Virus record (IMG/VR): IMGVR_UViG_3300049979_000188
DNA from: a virus
Length of the DNA stretch: 64,000 nt
Strand: one strand, 5' to 3'
Shown here: positions 9,365 to 18,319 of the stretch, one piece after another
How the letters are laid out: each line of letters starts with the position of its first letter
Numbering within the stretch: position 1 is the stretch's first letter
Translations under genes and position numbers: made by a program
Notes under the pieces: model-generated
Database searches by the model: none
What the model was told of the DNA's origin: nothing
The model's input: only the letters and a program-made list of their open reading frames with translations

Positions 9365-9693
9365 TAGGAACCGAATGAGGCGTGGGAGGAAGAACCAAAG
9401 CCACCGGAGTGAATCGAGCTGCTGCTATGGCTAAAGCTGCTGATGCGGGTCGGGGTATAGCCGGCGCGGCTGATTTCGGCCGAGCTGGCACCTTGGTAGG
9501 TGCTGGGGCTAATCATGCCGTGGTAGAGCGGGTACCAGCTGCCGTTGTAGTGGCGGTAAGCCTTGCCGTTGCGTACCGTATCGCGGGCCATCCCTTTGGC
9601 CGTCGTTCCGGGAATCCACTGGTCTTCCTGGCGCTGACAGGCCGTAATGGCCGTGGCAAAGGCCAGGGAAAGGAAAATCTGTTTTTTGTTCAT
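9364..9693 (-). CDS. Small lipoprotein, YgiB/YjfM-like partner of GSP-synthase-like enzyme
   Basis: Lipobox AITAC and S/G-rich tail ending SGGFGSSSHASFGS; abuts the YgiC-like gene. Confidence 0.7.
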   Translation of the reverse strand: MNKKQIFLSLAFATAITACQRQEDQWIPGTTAKGMARDTVRNGKAYRHYNGSWYPLYHGMISPSTYQGASSAEISRAGYTPTRISSFSHSSSSIHSGGFGSSSHASFGS

Positions 9694-9738
9694 GGGGTAA
9701 GTCAGCAAAAGGGCCACATTCAGTAGCGAATGTGGCCC

Positions 9739-9768
9739 AGTTTACGTTAAAAAGAAGGTGCCCGTTAC
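9739..9768 (-). promoter_or_regulatory. promoter motif GTAAC-N17-CGTAAACT
   Basis: -35 overlaps TAA of SPFH gene. Confidence 0.8.
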
Positions 9769-10589
9769 TTGCGGTTCACGTTTATCATGGGAATACTTTT
9801 CCCGTCCGTAATGATGACCATGTTACTGGTTTCACGCAACGCGTCGATGTACTTTGCCTGCAGCAAGCGCGGGTCCAGGCCGGCAGCCTTGATGCGGTCG
9901 GTTTCGGCATCAATCTTGGCCTTATCCTGGAGTACTTTACTTACTTCCAAGTCGTTGATGGCAAGCTGCTTTTTCTGAATCGAGTTGTTACGGTCGTTGA
10001 TGGCCTTGACCATCGACTCAGGTGGGGTAAAGCCTGAGCGCAACATGTTGAGCGTAAAGCCCCTTTTGATGAAGAGGGGACGAATGACGCTCTCAACTTC
10101 TGACTCGTACTCGCTCTGGTGGTAGAGCAGGTAGTCGGTCGTGTACTTGCTGTAGCGAGCCACGTCGACGTAGGCCTTGAGAATGATTTGGTCGAGTACC
10201 GATGTCTGAATATGGTCAAGCTCCAGTCGGTTTTCCGCGTCAGTGCCTCGTTGCCGGTTGTTGTAAAGGATTTCAACACCTTGCCCTCGGATGGCCTGGT
10301 AGGTGTACTTAGGGTCAACCGTGAAGAAGCCACCCCCGTTAATGGTTACCGTCTCGGGGACGGGGTCCCCATTTTGCTCGCCCATGGAGACCTGGTAGAG
10401 TTTGGAACCAAACCAGAGGGGGCCTTGGGCACCAGTGACAAGCTTGAAGTCCTGCTGGCCGTTACGGCCATAGTTGGTCATGAGCACCCCTTCGAAGTTT
10501 GGCTCGACGGCGTTCATGTTACAGGAGCTCAGACCAGTAAGCAGTAGTAGCAGGGTCAAGAGTTGACCCAGTAGGCGGGGGAATTTCAT
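9765..10589 (-). CDS. SPFH/Band-7 (prohibitin-like) lipoprotein
   Basis: Signal/lipobox GLSSC; GVLMTNYGRNG; PPESMVKAINDR...AKIDAE...QAKYIDAL coiled tail. Confidence 0.85.
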   Translation of the reverse strand: MKFPRLLGQLLTLLLLLTGLSSCNMNAVEPNFEGVLMTNYGRNGQQDFKLVTGAQGPLWFGSKLYQVSMGEQNGDPVPETVTINGGGFFTVDPKYTYQAIRGQGVEILYNNRQRGTDAENRLELDHIQTSVLDQIILKAYVDVARYSKYTTDYLLYHQSEYESEVESVIRPLFIKRGFTLNMLRSGFTPPESMVKAINDRNNSIQKKQLAINDLEVSKVLQDKAKIDAETDRIKAAGLDPRLLQAKYIDALRETSNMVIITDGKSIPMINVNRK

Positions 10590-10786
10590 GAAAAACAGAA
10601 AGGGGAAAAGAGTTACGAAAAAAGACGGTCGTAGGGGAGCTTGCAGAGAATAAGCACGTGCAGCACACCCGTCACAATACCCAGAACGGGGTAAGGTGAT
10701 TGAAAAAGAGTTATTTCCTGCCAAATAAGGACCAGGTTGCATCCTGCAAAGAGCAGGATGCGTAGCAGCAGTGCTTGCATGGGTAC

Positions 10787-11362
10787 TTACTTGCCGCTGG
10801 AGTCGGCTGCTGGTTTTGCCTTGGGAAACAACTCCACTTCGTTGTCCTGACCCGACTCCATTACTTGCTGGGTGTAAGCCGAGGAAACCACTTTGTAATG
10901 CAGCTCCTTGGTTGTAGCGGGGAGAAACCAGCTGCCGGGCTCCATGACAATAAACGTATTGTATTGCTGCTCGACACCGAGTACTTCGCGTTGCACGTTC
11001 AAAAAGGCCGCTCGCTCAGCTTCTACGCTTTGCTGCAGGTCTTTGTAGAGGCTGGTGTCGAAGGTAGGGTTAGCCTCGACAACGAATTTCATCAGGGAGC
11101 CATCGCCCTTACCTTGGTAGCGTCCCGCAATCAGGGCCGGAAAGATTTTTTCGAACCGGTCGGCGTATTCACTCGTGATGCCGGCCTTCTGGAAAATGGT
11201 TTTGCGCATCTTGTCGTGGGCAGCCTCCGCCGCCTTGCGTTGGGTGACGAAGGAATTGCGTAGTTCGCGCTCCGTGTTGCGGTAGCTTAGGCGCATACTG
11301 AATACCGTACCCGCAATCAGGGCCAGGACAATAAGCACCGTGATGATGAGAGTCTTCGACAT
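10787..11362 (-). CDS. Membrane-anchored helical protein, LemA-like
   Basis: N-terminal TM helix, then helical domain with YKDLQQSVEAERAAF...EQQYNTFI..PGSWF. Confidence 0.6.
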   Translation of the reverse strand: MSKTLIITVLIVLALIAGTVFSMRLSYRNTERELRNSFVTQRKAAEAAHDKMRKTIFQKAGITSEYADRFEKIFPALIAGRYQGKGDGSLMKFVVEANPTFDTSLYKDLQQSVEAERAAFLNVQREVLGVEQQYNTFIVMEPGSWFLPATTKELHYKVVSSAYTQQVMESGQDNEVELFPKAKPAADSSGK

Positions 11363-11394
11363 GGGAAGAAAAAAGGGGGTTGGTGAATATACTA

Positions 11395-11424
11395 AGTTTA
11401 CGGAAAAATAAAAGTCCCCGTTAC
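11395..11424 (-). promoter_or_regulatory. promoter motif GTAAC-N17-CGTAAACT
   Basis: -35 overlaps TAA of upstream gene. Confidence 0.8.
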
Positions 11425-11687
11425 GAGTTCAGCGACGTAGTCGCTCGCTTTCTGCGGGCCCACTCGTATTGGATGACAGCATACACGTAGTAAGCCCAGA
11501 GAAAAACGATGCACAGGCCCACCAGTAGGTGCACTAGCCAAGTAGGGCGCGACTGGGTCTGGCTGAGCTTGTGCACCATTACCTGGTAGTGGGCACGGCC
11601 AAGCAAGGTGACGGCCAGTAGTAGAACCACGCCCAGCGCCAGGTAAAAAACGGTGGCCAGCAGCAGGTAGTAACAAAGTGATTCCAT
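11421..11687 (-). CDS. small two-TM membrane protein
   Basis: Two hydrophobic segments; start refined. Confidence 0.55.
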   Translation of the reverse strand: MESLCYYLLLATVFYLALGVVLLLAVTLLGRAHYQVMVHKLSQTQSRPTWLVHLLVGLCIVFLWAYYVYAVIQYEWARRKRATTSLNS

Positions 11688-11694
11688 GCGTAGG

Positions 11695-12534
11695 TTAGGT
11701 ACTTCTTTTAGGCTTACGAGTCCCAGGGCGGGTCCGAAAGGCATGCGTGGGGTCGAAATCGTAGCGCGTGACCTGCTGTTTCTCCGTCAAGGGCAAGGCC
11801 AGGGGATAGGTACTCAGGAATTGGTTTGACAGGTACTGCTCCATACGTTGAAAAGCTTGGGGCGCATCGACGGCACGGTAAAACTCCAAGTCTTTGAGCA
11901 CTGGGTTCGTGACAAAAGCTTCTGCGTTCAAGCTAAAGCTCGGAGCCTGGATTACGTCGCGAAAGAGGCTATCATAGTCCGTATTTTCCAGCAGGGCCAG
12001 GCGTTCGTACTCGACGCGAGGCACTAGAATACGGTGCTGCCCTATCTGGCGGGCCCGGCGCTCAAAGTAGTACGTCGGTGGGGTAAGGGTGCTAAGCTTA
12101 GTCAGGCGCTCGGCAGAGGGTTCGCGGAACTCCGGGAAGTTCTCAGCCAGGACGTCTACGTCGTAGTAGCCTCGGCAACGACTCGTTAGACTAGCGGACG
12201 TGTTGAGGTAGTAATTATACCCAGCTTTGACCTGCGTTAGCAAGTATAGTTTGCCGCAAAAGCCAACCAGTGTCAGCGTAAGCGTCAGCTCGGTCTCACC
12301 CAGGCGCATGCTATGCGGGGTATAAACTCCGAGTAGTTTACCCAGTTCGTAGAGGGGTTTAGGCAAGTCTTTCAACACCCCGTTTTTCCCCCACTCCGTG
12401 CCCATGTGGCTCACACCCGAGTTGCGCAAGTTAAGCTCGTAAGGCTCGCGTTTATACACGACAGCCCGGTCCTGGCCCAGGGCCAGTAAGCTGTCGTAAT
12501 AATCTTTGTTCTCCTGCTTGCTGATGATTTTCAT
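11695..12534 (-). CDS. hypothetical protein
   Basis: 279-aa ORF after promoter motif 12542-12572. Confidence 0.7.
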   Translation of the reverse strand: MKIISKQENKDYYDSLLALGQDRAVVYKREPYELNLRNSGVSHMGTEWGKNGVLKDLPKPLYELGKLLGVYTPHSMRLGETELTLTLTLVGFCGKLYLLTQVKAGYNYYLNTSASLTSRCRGYYDVDVLAENFPEFREPSAERLTKLSTLTPPTYYFERRARQIGQHRILVPRVEYERLALLENTDYDSLFRDVIQAPSFSLNAEAFVTNPVLKDLEFYRAVDAPQAFQRMEQYLSNQFLSTYPLALPLTEKQQVTRYDFDPTHAFRTRPGTRKPKRST

Positions 12535-12541
12535 AGTAGCT

Positions 12542-12572
12542 AGTTTACGCCGGACTCGGAGAACTCGTTACT
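12542..12572 (-). promoter_or_regulatory. promoter motif GTAAC-N18-CGTAAACT
   Basis: Intergenic. Confidence 0.75.
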
Positions 12573-12581
12573 GCTTGCCGG

Positions 12582-13061
12582 TTAAAAAACCTGGTAGAAG
12601 AGTTCTCCGCCGCCGCCATCACGCAGCTCCAACTCCTTTACCTTCTCGGCTAGCATCTTACCCATGCGACTTCCTAAAAAAAGGAGACCCTCGACCGTGT
12701 AGTCATCGAAACCAAGCACGGCATCGGCCCCGTTTACGCTGCGTAGCATTAGCTGTAAGTCCAGCAGGGCTGAGGTGTAGAGGCTTAAACCAGGGCCGAC
12801 CAGCGAGGCCCACCCTTGGTAGTAAGCCAGTAGAATGGGCGGGTATAAGCCAGGCTGGGCATCCAGGTAGAAGACGGTAAGCAGGGCCATTCGTTCCTTA
12901 CTAGCTGGCAGAATCTCTTCCCCTTCATGGGTTCCCTCCATGCTGGGCAATAAATCAGGGTCTTCCTCGTAAACGTGAATTAGCACGTTACTGGCTTGAA
13001 AACGACCCAGCAAGGGGCGCGTAACAAGATGGGCGCTAAGCGCACTGACTGAAAACGCCAT
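12582..13061 (-). CDS. hypothetical protein
   Basis: ORF tiles the gene run. Confidence 0.55.
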   Translation of the reverse strand: MAFSVSALSAHLVTRPLLGRFQASNVLIHVYEEDPDLLPSMEGTHEGEEILPASKERMALLTVFYLDAQPGLYPPILLAYYQGWASLVGPGLSLYTSALLDLQLMLRSVNGADAVLGFDDYTVEGLLFLGSRMGKMLAEKVKELELRDGGGGELFYQVF

Positions 13062-13062
13062 C

Positions 13063-13281
13063 TTAGCGAAGAGTCAAAAAAACGACCAGCATACCCGTAC
13101 TACAAAGCGGCCACAACGCCGCTGAGAGTCGTTGCAGGTAAGGATGGCGGGCCGCCCACTGCTGGTAGAGCTCGTAATTTTTAGTGACGGGTACCCCGCA
13201 CATAGAAGCCAGTAATTGGGCTGCAAAAGCACCACTTACCCCTGAAGCGGCTAGCAATAAAAACAAGTGCGCGTAGTTCAT
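13063..13281 (-). CDS. small membrane protein
   Basis: Two hydrophobic segments. Confidence 0.5.
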   Translation of the reverse strand: MNYAHLFLLLAASGVSGAFAAQLLASMCGVPVTKNYELYQQWAARHPYLQRLSAALWPLCSTGMLVVFLTLR

Positions 13282-13646
13282 ACACCAGTCAGTAAAGAAG
13301 TGGAAGGATAATGATGAAAAAATGCACCGTCGGCCAGCAGCAGGTGGCGCCCACTCGTGGCCATGAAGCGCTCGCCCGGTACCGAGTCCAACCAGCAGTG
13401 AAAGCCACTTTGCCTGGCCACCGCTGCCAGCTGCTTTAGGGCGGGCTCCCAGGCGGCGCTGTTTTCCCAGTAAAGCAGGCAGCTTTTAAGGGTGAGTAGG
13501 CCCCGCTTATCCTGGTGTACGTAATAGTAGGCACGCCGGCCGACTGGGACCGCGCGTAAACGCGGCAAGTTGGCCGAGAGGGGGTATTGGGGCGTGGTTG
13601 AGTCCATAGAAGCGTACAAAGCTACTAAGTTTACGTTGAATTGCAA
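13278..13646 (-). CDS. hypothetical protein
   Basis: ORF tiles the gene run; start uncertain. Confidence 0.45.
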   Translation of the reverse strand: MQFNVNLVALYASMDSTTPQYPLSANLPRLRAVPVGRRAYYYVHQDKRGLLTLKSCLLYWENSAAWEPALKQLAAVARQSGFHCWLDSVPGERFMATSGRHLLLADGAFFHHYPSTSLLTGV

Positions 13647-13659
13647 GCAAAATAAACCT

Positions 13660-13690
13660 AAAAAAAGAGAGGCCTAGCGCCTCTCTTTTT
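13660..13690. terminator. intrinsic terminator (bidirectional-type)
   Basis: AAAAAGAGAGGC-CTAGC-GCCTCTCTTTTT. Confidence 0.8.
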
Positions 13691-13697
13691 CTTGCCC

Positions 13698-14648
13698 TTA
13701 CGCGCTTGGATTAGCCCGTTGTACGTCGGGATGGTTGTAGTTAAACACTACCACTGAGAACGGGTTGGGGAAGCCTTCGCGCTTCTCCACGCGGATGCAG
13801 CCGCAATCACGAAGTTCGTTAATAAGGTTACGGCGCTCGAAATCGGGTAATTGAGTCATTATGTCGGTGAGTCTTCGCAAAAAAGGCGACAACCAAACCT
13901 CCGACGATTTATGCTCAACTGCGTCACGCAGTAGGTAGCTCAGGCAGGTAAATGCGCGTTCTCCGCTAACGCGTCGCTGGGGCATAAACCCCGTGCCCGC
14001 GACGGTACTTTTTACCTCCTGCACTTCCAACTCGTTCTCAATCGGAACTACCGGGTAGCTGGGCGCCAGGGTAAGGGGCGGCAAAACTGCCGCATTTTCC
14101 AGCTCAGTTAGCGCCGCGCGCCGACTCTCGCTAAGAACGCTCAGGGCGTCGACGTAATGCTGGTCGCCGATAATTTGTAGCAGGTCCCCGGAAGTCGATT
14201 GCTTGAAACCCACCACCAGTATCTGACGACCCTGGCGACGTAAATGCTGGATAATGGGGATATAATCTCGGTCCCCGGCCATGAATACGAAACTGGTAAT
14301 ATCGGGCCGGGTGTAGAGCATTTCCAATCCGTCAATGCAGAGCTGCATATCGGCCGCATTTTTATGCTGTGTACCCAGCACATTGTGCGTGCTAGCACCC
14401 AGCAAATAAAGCGCCCCTAGCTGAGCACCCGGGCCCATGCGCTCGAAATCAGCGTAAGCATTAATAACCAGGGGCTCCAGGTGGAGTTTTTCTCGTAAAT
14501 GCCGCTGTAGCCCGCGCACAGTTTCGAGTACGCACTCCTGAGGGTCGCTCAAGGCCGGGTAGAAATTTTTAAAGTAGTAATAAAAGTTTTCGTAATCAAT
14601 TAGTATGGTGGCGTACCCTTTGGGTGGCGCAAGACTGCTTGGATTCAT
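13698..14648 (-). CDS. NYN (LabA/DUF88, PIN-like) domain protein with C-terminal HTH-like domain
   Basis: ILIDYEN, AYADF, KNAADMQLCID, FMAGDRDYIP..LRRQGRQILVVG. Confidence 0.9.
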   Translation of the reverse strand: MNPSSLAPPKGYATILIDYENFYYYFKNFYPALSDPQECVLETVRGLQRHLREKLHLEPLVINAYADFERMGPGAQLGALYLLGASTHNVLGTQHKNAADMQLCIDGLEMLYTRPDITSFVFMAGDRDYIPIIQHLRRQGRQILVVGFKQSTSGDLLQIIGDQHYVDALSVLSESRRAALTELENAAVLPPLTLAPSYPVVPIENELEVQEVKSTVAGTGFMPQRRVSGERAFTCLSYLLRDAVEHKSSEVWLSPFLRRLTDIMTQLPDFERRNLINELRDCGCIRVEKREGFPNPFSVVVFNYNHPDVQRANPSA

Positions 14649-14657
14649 TCTTTTTTT

Positions 14658-15005
14658 TTACTTAATAGGCGAGTTTAATTCACTGAGCGTCTTATAAATG
14701 ACAGCCGTGAGCTTTTTCATCATGGGCGCCAACCACCCGTTGCCGGTAAACGAGTGTTTCACTTCTTCCCCGCTGCGTTCGCGCCCGTAGACGTAGGTTG
14801 AATCAGCCGCCAGATAGGTATAACTGATTTCGCCAAATTCCACCACGTTGATGGGTTGCACCAAGCTCACCCGGTGGGTGGCGGGCAGCAAAGCGGCCGC
14901 ATCGAGCAAGCGCTGGCGATTGGCATTGCGCCGTTCACGCGTCTTACCGGTTAAGGTATTGATAGGCCCGGTGGGCCGGTAGAGGGGCGGGGCAGTGTCA
15001 GACAT
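14658..15005 (-). CDS. hypothetical protein
   Basis: Start refined to MSDTAPP, after promoter/terminator 15016-15058. Confidence 0.55.
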   Translation of the reverse strand: MSDTAPPLYRPTGPINTLTGKTRERRNANRQRLLDAAALLPATHRVSLVQPINVVEFGEISYTYLAADSTYVYGRERSGEEVKHSFTGNGWLAPMMKKLTAVIYKTLSELNSPIK

Positions 15006-15046
15006 AAAAAAAAAAGGGATGTGTACGTAGTTTACGTACACATCCC
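15006..15046 (-). terminator. intrinsic terminator
   Basis: GGGATGTGTACGTA-GTT-TACGTACACATCCC plus A10 tract. Confidence 0.85.
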
Positions 15047-15058
15047 CTGGGTCGTTAC
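15029..15058 (-). promoter_or_regulatory. promoter motif GTAAC-N17-CGTAAACT
   Basis: -10 in loop of a 14-bp hairpin; -35 overlaps TAA of BCS1 gene. Confidence 0.8.
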
Positions 15059-16398
15059 CTGGGCCTGGGTGAACTTTGCAGGAGCCGCCTGGAGGGGGCA
15101 ACCACGTTAGCAGGTACAGTTGGTTGCGGACCCGTGTTAGTCGACTTGCCGGCTACGCGCACGGGGGGTAGCGTAACGGGCGGTGGATTTTCATAGACGG
15201 CACTAAGGGCCTCAAAGGCGCGTACCGGGTTATGACGCTCGCGCATCAGCTCACCCTGGATAGTGGCCATCGAGAGGCGGCGCTCCGTAAAAAGAGTGGC
15301 AAGTTTAGTCGCCAGCTCCGAGGCCTGGGGAAAGCTAGTGGCTGGATAAAAGCGGTTGAAGATTTCCTTTACCAGTGGCCCGCTGGGGTTGTCAATCAGC
15401 ACCCGGACGTCAACTCGCCCGGGGCGTATGAGGGCCGGGTCCAGGCACTCGGGGTGATTGGCCGTCATAATGAGCAAGGTGCCGTGTCCGGAGCTCACGC
15501 CGTCGATGGCGTTGAGTACCCCACTGTAAGTCAGCCCTCGCTGGGTATCACCCGCCACTTCCCGCCCTGGCAGGACGGTGTCTACGTCTTCTAAGACGAT
15601 AATGCAGTGACGCAAGCTGTTAATTAAGCCGCTAAGCGTAGCATCCGTCAAATCCGGGTCACCCAGGTTAAGAATGTAGAGCGGGAGTGCCCAATGGCCA
15701 GCCAGGGCCTTGATAAGCGAGCTTTTGCCCCCGCCAGGCGGGCCGTAGAAAATGTAGCCCCGACGCCACGAAATACCCCGCTCGGCGTACCACTGCTCAC
15801 TGGCGAGGAACTCCCCAATATCGTGTTGGAGCGTCTGCTTGATGTCGGCGTCTAATATGACCGTATCGAGCGGACGCGGTAGCTGGCGTTCGCAATACCC
15901 CCAATTCGTGCCCGATTGCGTGCTAACCAGGATGCTGTTATCAGTAGGCGTGTATAAGCGCTTACCTTCCGCTAGGATGGTATCCCAGAATGCGCGGTCA
16001 CGTCCCAGCATCTGTAGGGTTAAGCGTACCAGTAGCTGCCCAGTTGCCCCGTTACCCGTACTAGCCGTATAGGAATCGCGTTCCAGCAGAAGGCGTTTAC
16101 CCGCGTAGCGGATAAGGTACTTACCCGGGGCAGGGCCCAATAAGGATTCGTCGTAGCGACTAATGGCCGTCACGTGCGGGGTTTGCGGCAAATACTTGTT
16201 ACACCAGCTCAGCAGCCAGTAGAACGTTTCCCCCCGCTGCTCGTCCACGCTTAGCGAAGACGTAAAGCGACGCTTGAGCAAATACGTGATATTGGTAAAC
16301 GTGCTTTTGCCCCAGTTGAGCAAGTTTCCCCCGGCGGCCCCTACTAGCACAGCCAGGTACGTGGGAATAGGTGGTAAAATTGGTAAAGGCATGCGCAA
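15055..16398 (-). CDS. BCS1-family AAA+ ATPase
   Basis: N-terminal TM plus BCS1_N-like region; RPLDTVIL, WYAERGISWRRGYIFYGPPGGGKSS (Walker A), LEDVD (Walker B), LNAIDG, LDPALIRPGRVD. Confidence 0.9.
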   Translation of the reverse strand: MRMPLPILPPIPTYLAVLVGAAGGNLLNWGKSTFTNITYLLKRRFTSSLSVDEQRGETFYWLLSWCNKYLPQTPHVTAISRYDESLLGPAPGKYLIRYAGKRLLLERDSYTASTGNGATGQLLVRLTLQMLGRDRAFWDTILAEGKRLYTPTDNSILVSTQSGTNWGYCERQLPRPLDTVILDADIKQTLQHDIGEFLASEQWYAERGISWRRGYIFYGPPGGGKSSLIKALAGHWALPLYILNLGDPDLTDATLSGLINSLRHCIIVLEDVDTVLPGREVAGDTQRGLTYSGVLNAIDGVSSGHGTLLIMTANHPECLDPALIRPGRVDVRVLIDNPSGPLVKEIFNRFYPATSFPQASELATKLATLFTERRLSMATIQGELMRERHNPVRAFEALSAVYENPPPVTLPPVRVAGKSTNTGPQPTVPANVVAPSRRLLQSSPRPR

Positions 16399-16514
16399 AC
16401 CAGCTGAAGGGTGAGTACCGGTATAGCTTTCTTGGCGAATGCAGTGCCCGGTTTACGCAAAAATACACCCCACTGTGCAAAAGACAATGGGGTGTACTAA
16501 TTTTAACGCGCAGA

Positions 16515-17609
16515 TTACGAAAGTGCTGCAGTAGTCGCACTAATCGTACCCAGCAGGGCCGGGGCCGCGATACGGCTAATGGTTACGGGCTGCTGCAGGC
16601 TGGCGGAGGCTTTCCAGGCGCCGGCCAAGGCCGCGGGCTCGTCCGTGAATACCTGGCCGTCGCTGGTCAAAAACAGGGTATTGCCTTGCGCAAAGAGTTG
16701 GGCCAGCAGAATGCCCACAGTACTTGGGGCTTCGGTGTCAAGTACAATGGCAGGGTTAGCGGGAGCGGGGGTTTCTGGCATGTCAATGACTGGGGGAAGT
16801 GGGAGGGTGAGAGGCCCAAGTGCTGTAACAACGCTTGAATCTACTTCTACGGGAAATTTACTGGTCTGACTAGGAGCGGGCTCGGGTAGAGGCTCAGCTA
16901 CTGCCACGCTAACGTCTTCTTTGCTTGCTGGCTTATGGTAGGAAGTACCCGTAAGCGGCAAATCCAAGATAGCCCGAATTTCGTCCTGGGTTTTTGCTTC
17001 TTCGATAGCCGTTAAGGCCAGGCTATGGATAAGGTTGAGCTCTTCGTTTAGCTCTCCCGTAGGGTCAGCACTGGGGTTGATGTGCTTCGTAACGGGGTTC
17101 CAGTCAGTGGGCAAAACAGCTATCTCTGTGACAAAATAAACACGGATAAGCTTACCTGCTGCATTGTTTCGCGCATAAACAAACTTAACTCGGGCTGGAA
17201 GTCCTTCGCCTGCCTGACGTTCCAAATAGAAGAAACGCGTGGTTTTCTTCGGAAACTTTTCTTTTGGGGCTACGGTGACCACGGGCTCCACTACAATGGG
17301 AACCGTTACTTCTGGAGCTGGAGCTGGAGCTGGAGCTGGAGCTGGATGTTGACGCTCGCTGCCACGGGGTCCGCGTAGGACGGCAGGTAAGCGAGATGTG
17401 CTGCTTACTTCATCAAGGCCAATGAGTTGTCCCCGTAGGCGCTCAGCCGCACTAAGGGCGCGTTCATAACGCCGGTTAAAGGCTGATTGCTGCCGCCAAC
17501 GCTCGAATTCAGCCCAACTCGGCATGCCGGGCTTTCGCAGCAGCTCGTGCAGCTTCGTGCCTTTTGCGAGCTCATCAAAAATAGATTTTTGCAGCGGGGT
17601 TAGTTTCAT
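16515..17609 (-). CDS. Putative DNA-binding protein: terminase-small-subunit-like HTH, Pro-rich linker, integrase Arm-type DNA-binding domain
   Basis: N-term IFDELAKG..LHELLRKPGMPSW..FERW...F..RYERA; mid-region RVYFVTEIAVLPTDWNP.TKHI....ELNEEL resembles Arm-DNA-bind_5; no tyrosine-recombinase catalytic domain. Confidence 0.55.
   Translation of the reverse strand: MKLTPLQKSIFDELAKGTKLHELLRKPGMPSWAEFERWRQQSAFNRRYERALSAAERLRGQLIGLDEVSSTSRLPAVLRGPRGSERQHPAPAPAPAPAPEVTVPIVVEPVVTVAPKEKFPKKTTRFFYLERQAGEGLPARVKFVYARNNAAGKLIRVYFVTEIAVLPTDWNPVTKHINPSADPTGELNEELNLIHSLALTAIEEAKTQDEIRAILDLPLTGTSYHKPASKEDVSVAVAEPLPEPAPSQTSKFPVEVDSSVVTALGPLTLPLPPVIDMPETPAPANPAIVLDTEAPSTVGILLAQLFAQGNTLFLTSDGQVFTDEPAALAGAWKASASLQQPVTISRIAAPALLGTISATTAALS
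17316..17345. repeat. (TGGAGC)n hexamer microsatellite encoding PAPAPAPAP
   Basis: ctggagctggagctggagctggagctgga directly visible inside the CDS. Confidence 0.85.
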
Positions 17610-17625
17610 GAGAATAAAAAACTGT

Positions 17626-18315
17626 TTACAAATCGGTTACCAAGTACACCTTAGCCAGGGGCCAGTCACTTTGGTGAAGAACTGGCCCCGAATGTGTGTT
17701 GTGGACCTGCCGGTGGTTCATGTCGAACTTGAGCAGGGTTTTATAGAGTTCGTAGCTACGCACTACTTCGCGGCTAATCTCGTCGTCGGGGTCCCACTGA
17801 ATACCTCGTTGTTCACCCGGGCTAAGGGTCGGGTAGAGCAGCAAGCCAAGCTTAGGGAAGCTGTGACGCAATTTATGCTCTTGCTCGATGATGCGACTGC
17901 GTAACTCAATGGGCCAGTCCAGGTAGTAGACCTGACCGGCTAAAAAACGAGAGTAGGCTTCGAGCGCATCGGCGACCACTCGCAACTCAGGCTCCTGCAG
18001 GGTCGTGAAGGCCGTATCCCGGGTTGCGCGGATAAAGAGAAATTGCTTACCAAGCCACCAAAGGCTGTCGAGGGTGGGCCAAATGTCTTTATCGGCGCCA
18101 ACGGGTTTATCTGCCGGGAACAAGAGGGTGTTTACCTCAGCCAGCGCTTGCGTAAGTTTAGCTGCTTGCAGCTCCGGCTGCTTGCGTAAGACAAGCGGGA
18201 GCTTTTCCAGGCTGAGTTGTCCACTCAGCAAGGTGCGCATGAAGGTAAGTGCACGGAAAGTAAGGCCGACTTGCTCGCGGGTAAGCTTCCAGGTCACAAC
18301 GTAAGTAGCGTTCAT
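17626..18315 (-). CDS. hypothetical protein
   Basis: ORF tiles the gene run; start refined to MNATYVV. Confidence 0.65.
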   Translation of the reverse strand: MNATYVVTWKLTREQVGLTFRALTFMRTLLSGQLSLEKLPLVLRKQPELQAAKLTQALAEVNTLLFPADKPVGADKDIWPTLDSLWWLGKQFLFIRATRDTAFTTLQEPELRVVADALEAYSRFLAGQVYYLDWPIELRSRIIEQEHKLRHSFPKLGLLLYPTLSPGEQRGIQWDPDDEISREVVRSYELYKTLLKFDMNHRQVHNTHSGPVLHQSDWPLAKVYLVTDL

Positions 18316-18319
18316 AAAA

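Noticed and set aside
16451-16480. Partial promoter (CGTAAACC with TGCAC in place of GTAAC) before the BCS1 gene
   Set aside because: -35 mismatched; not counted among the 23 copies.
16515-17609. Integrase / prophage boundary
   Set aside because: No R-H-R-Y catalytic residues or att repeats; only an arm-like binding segment.
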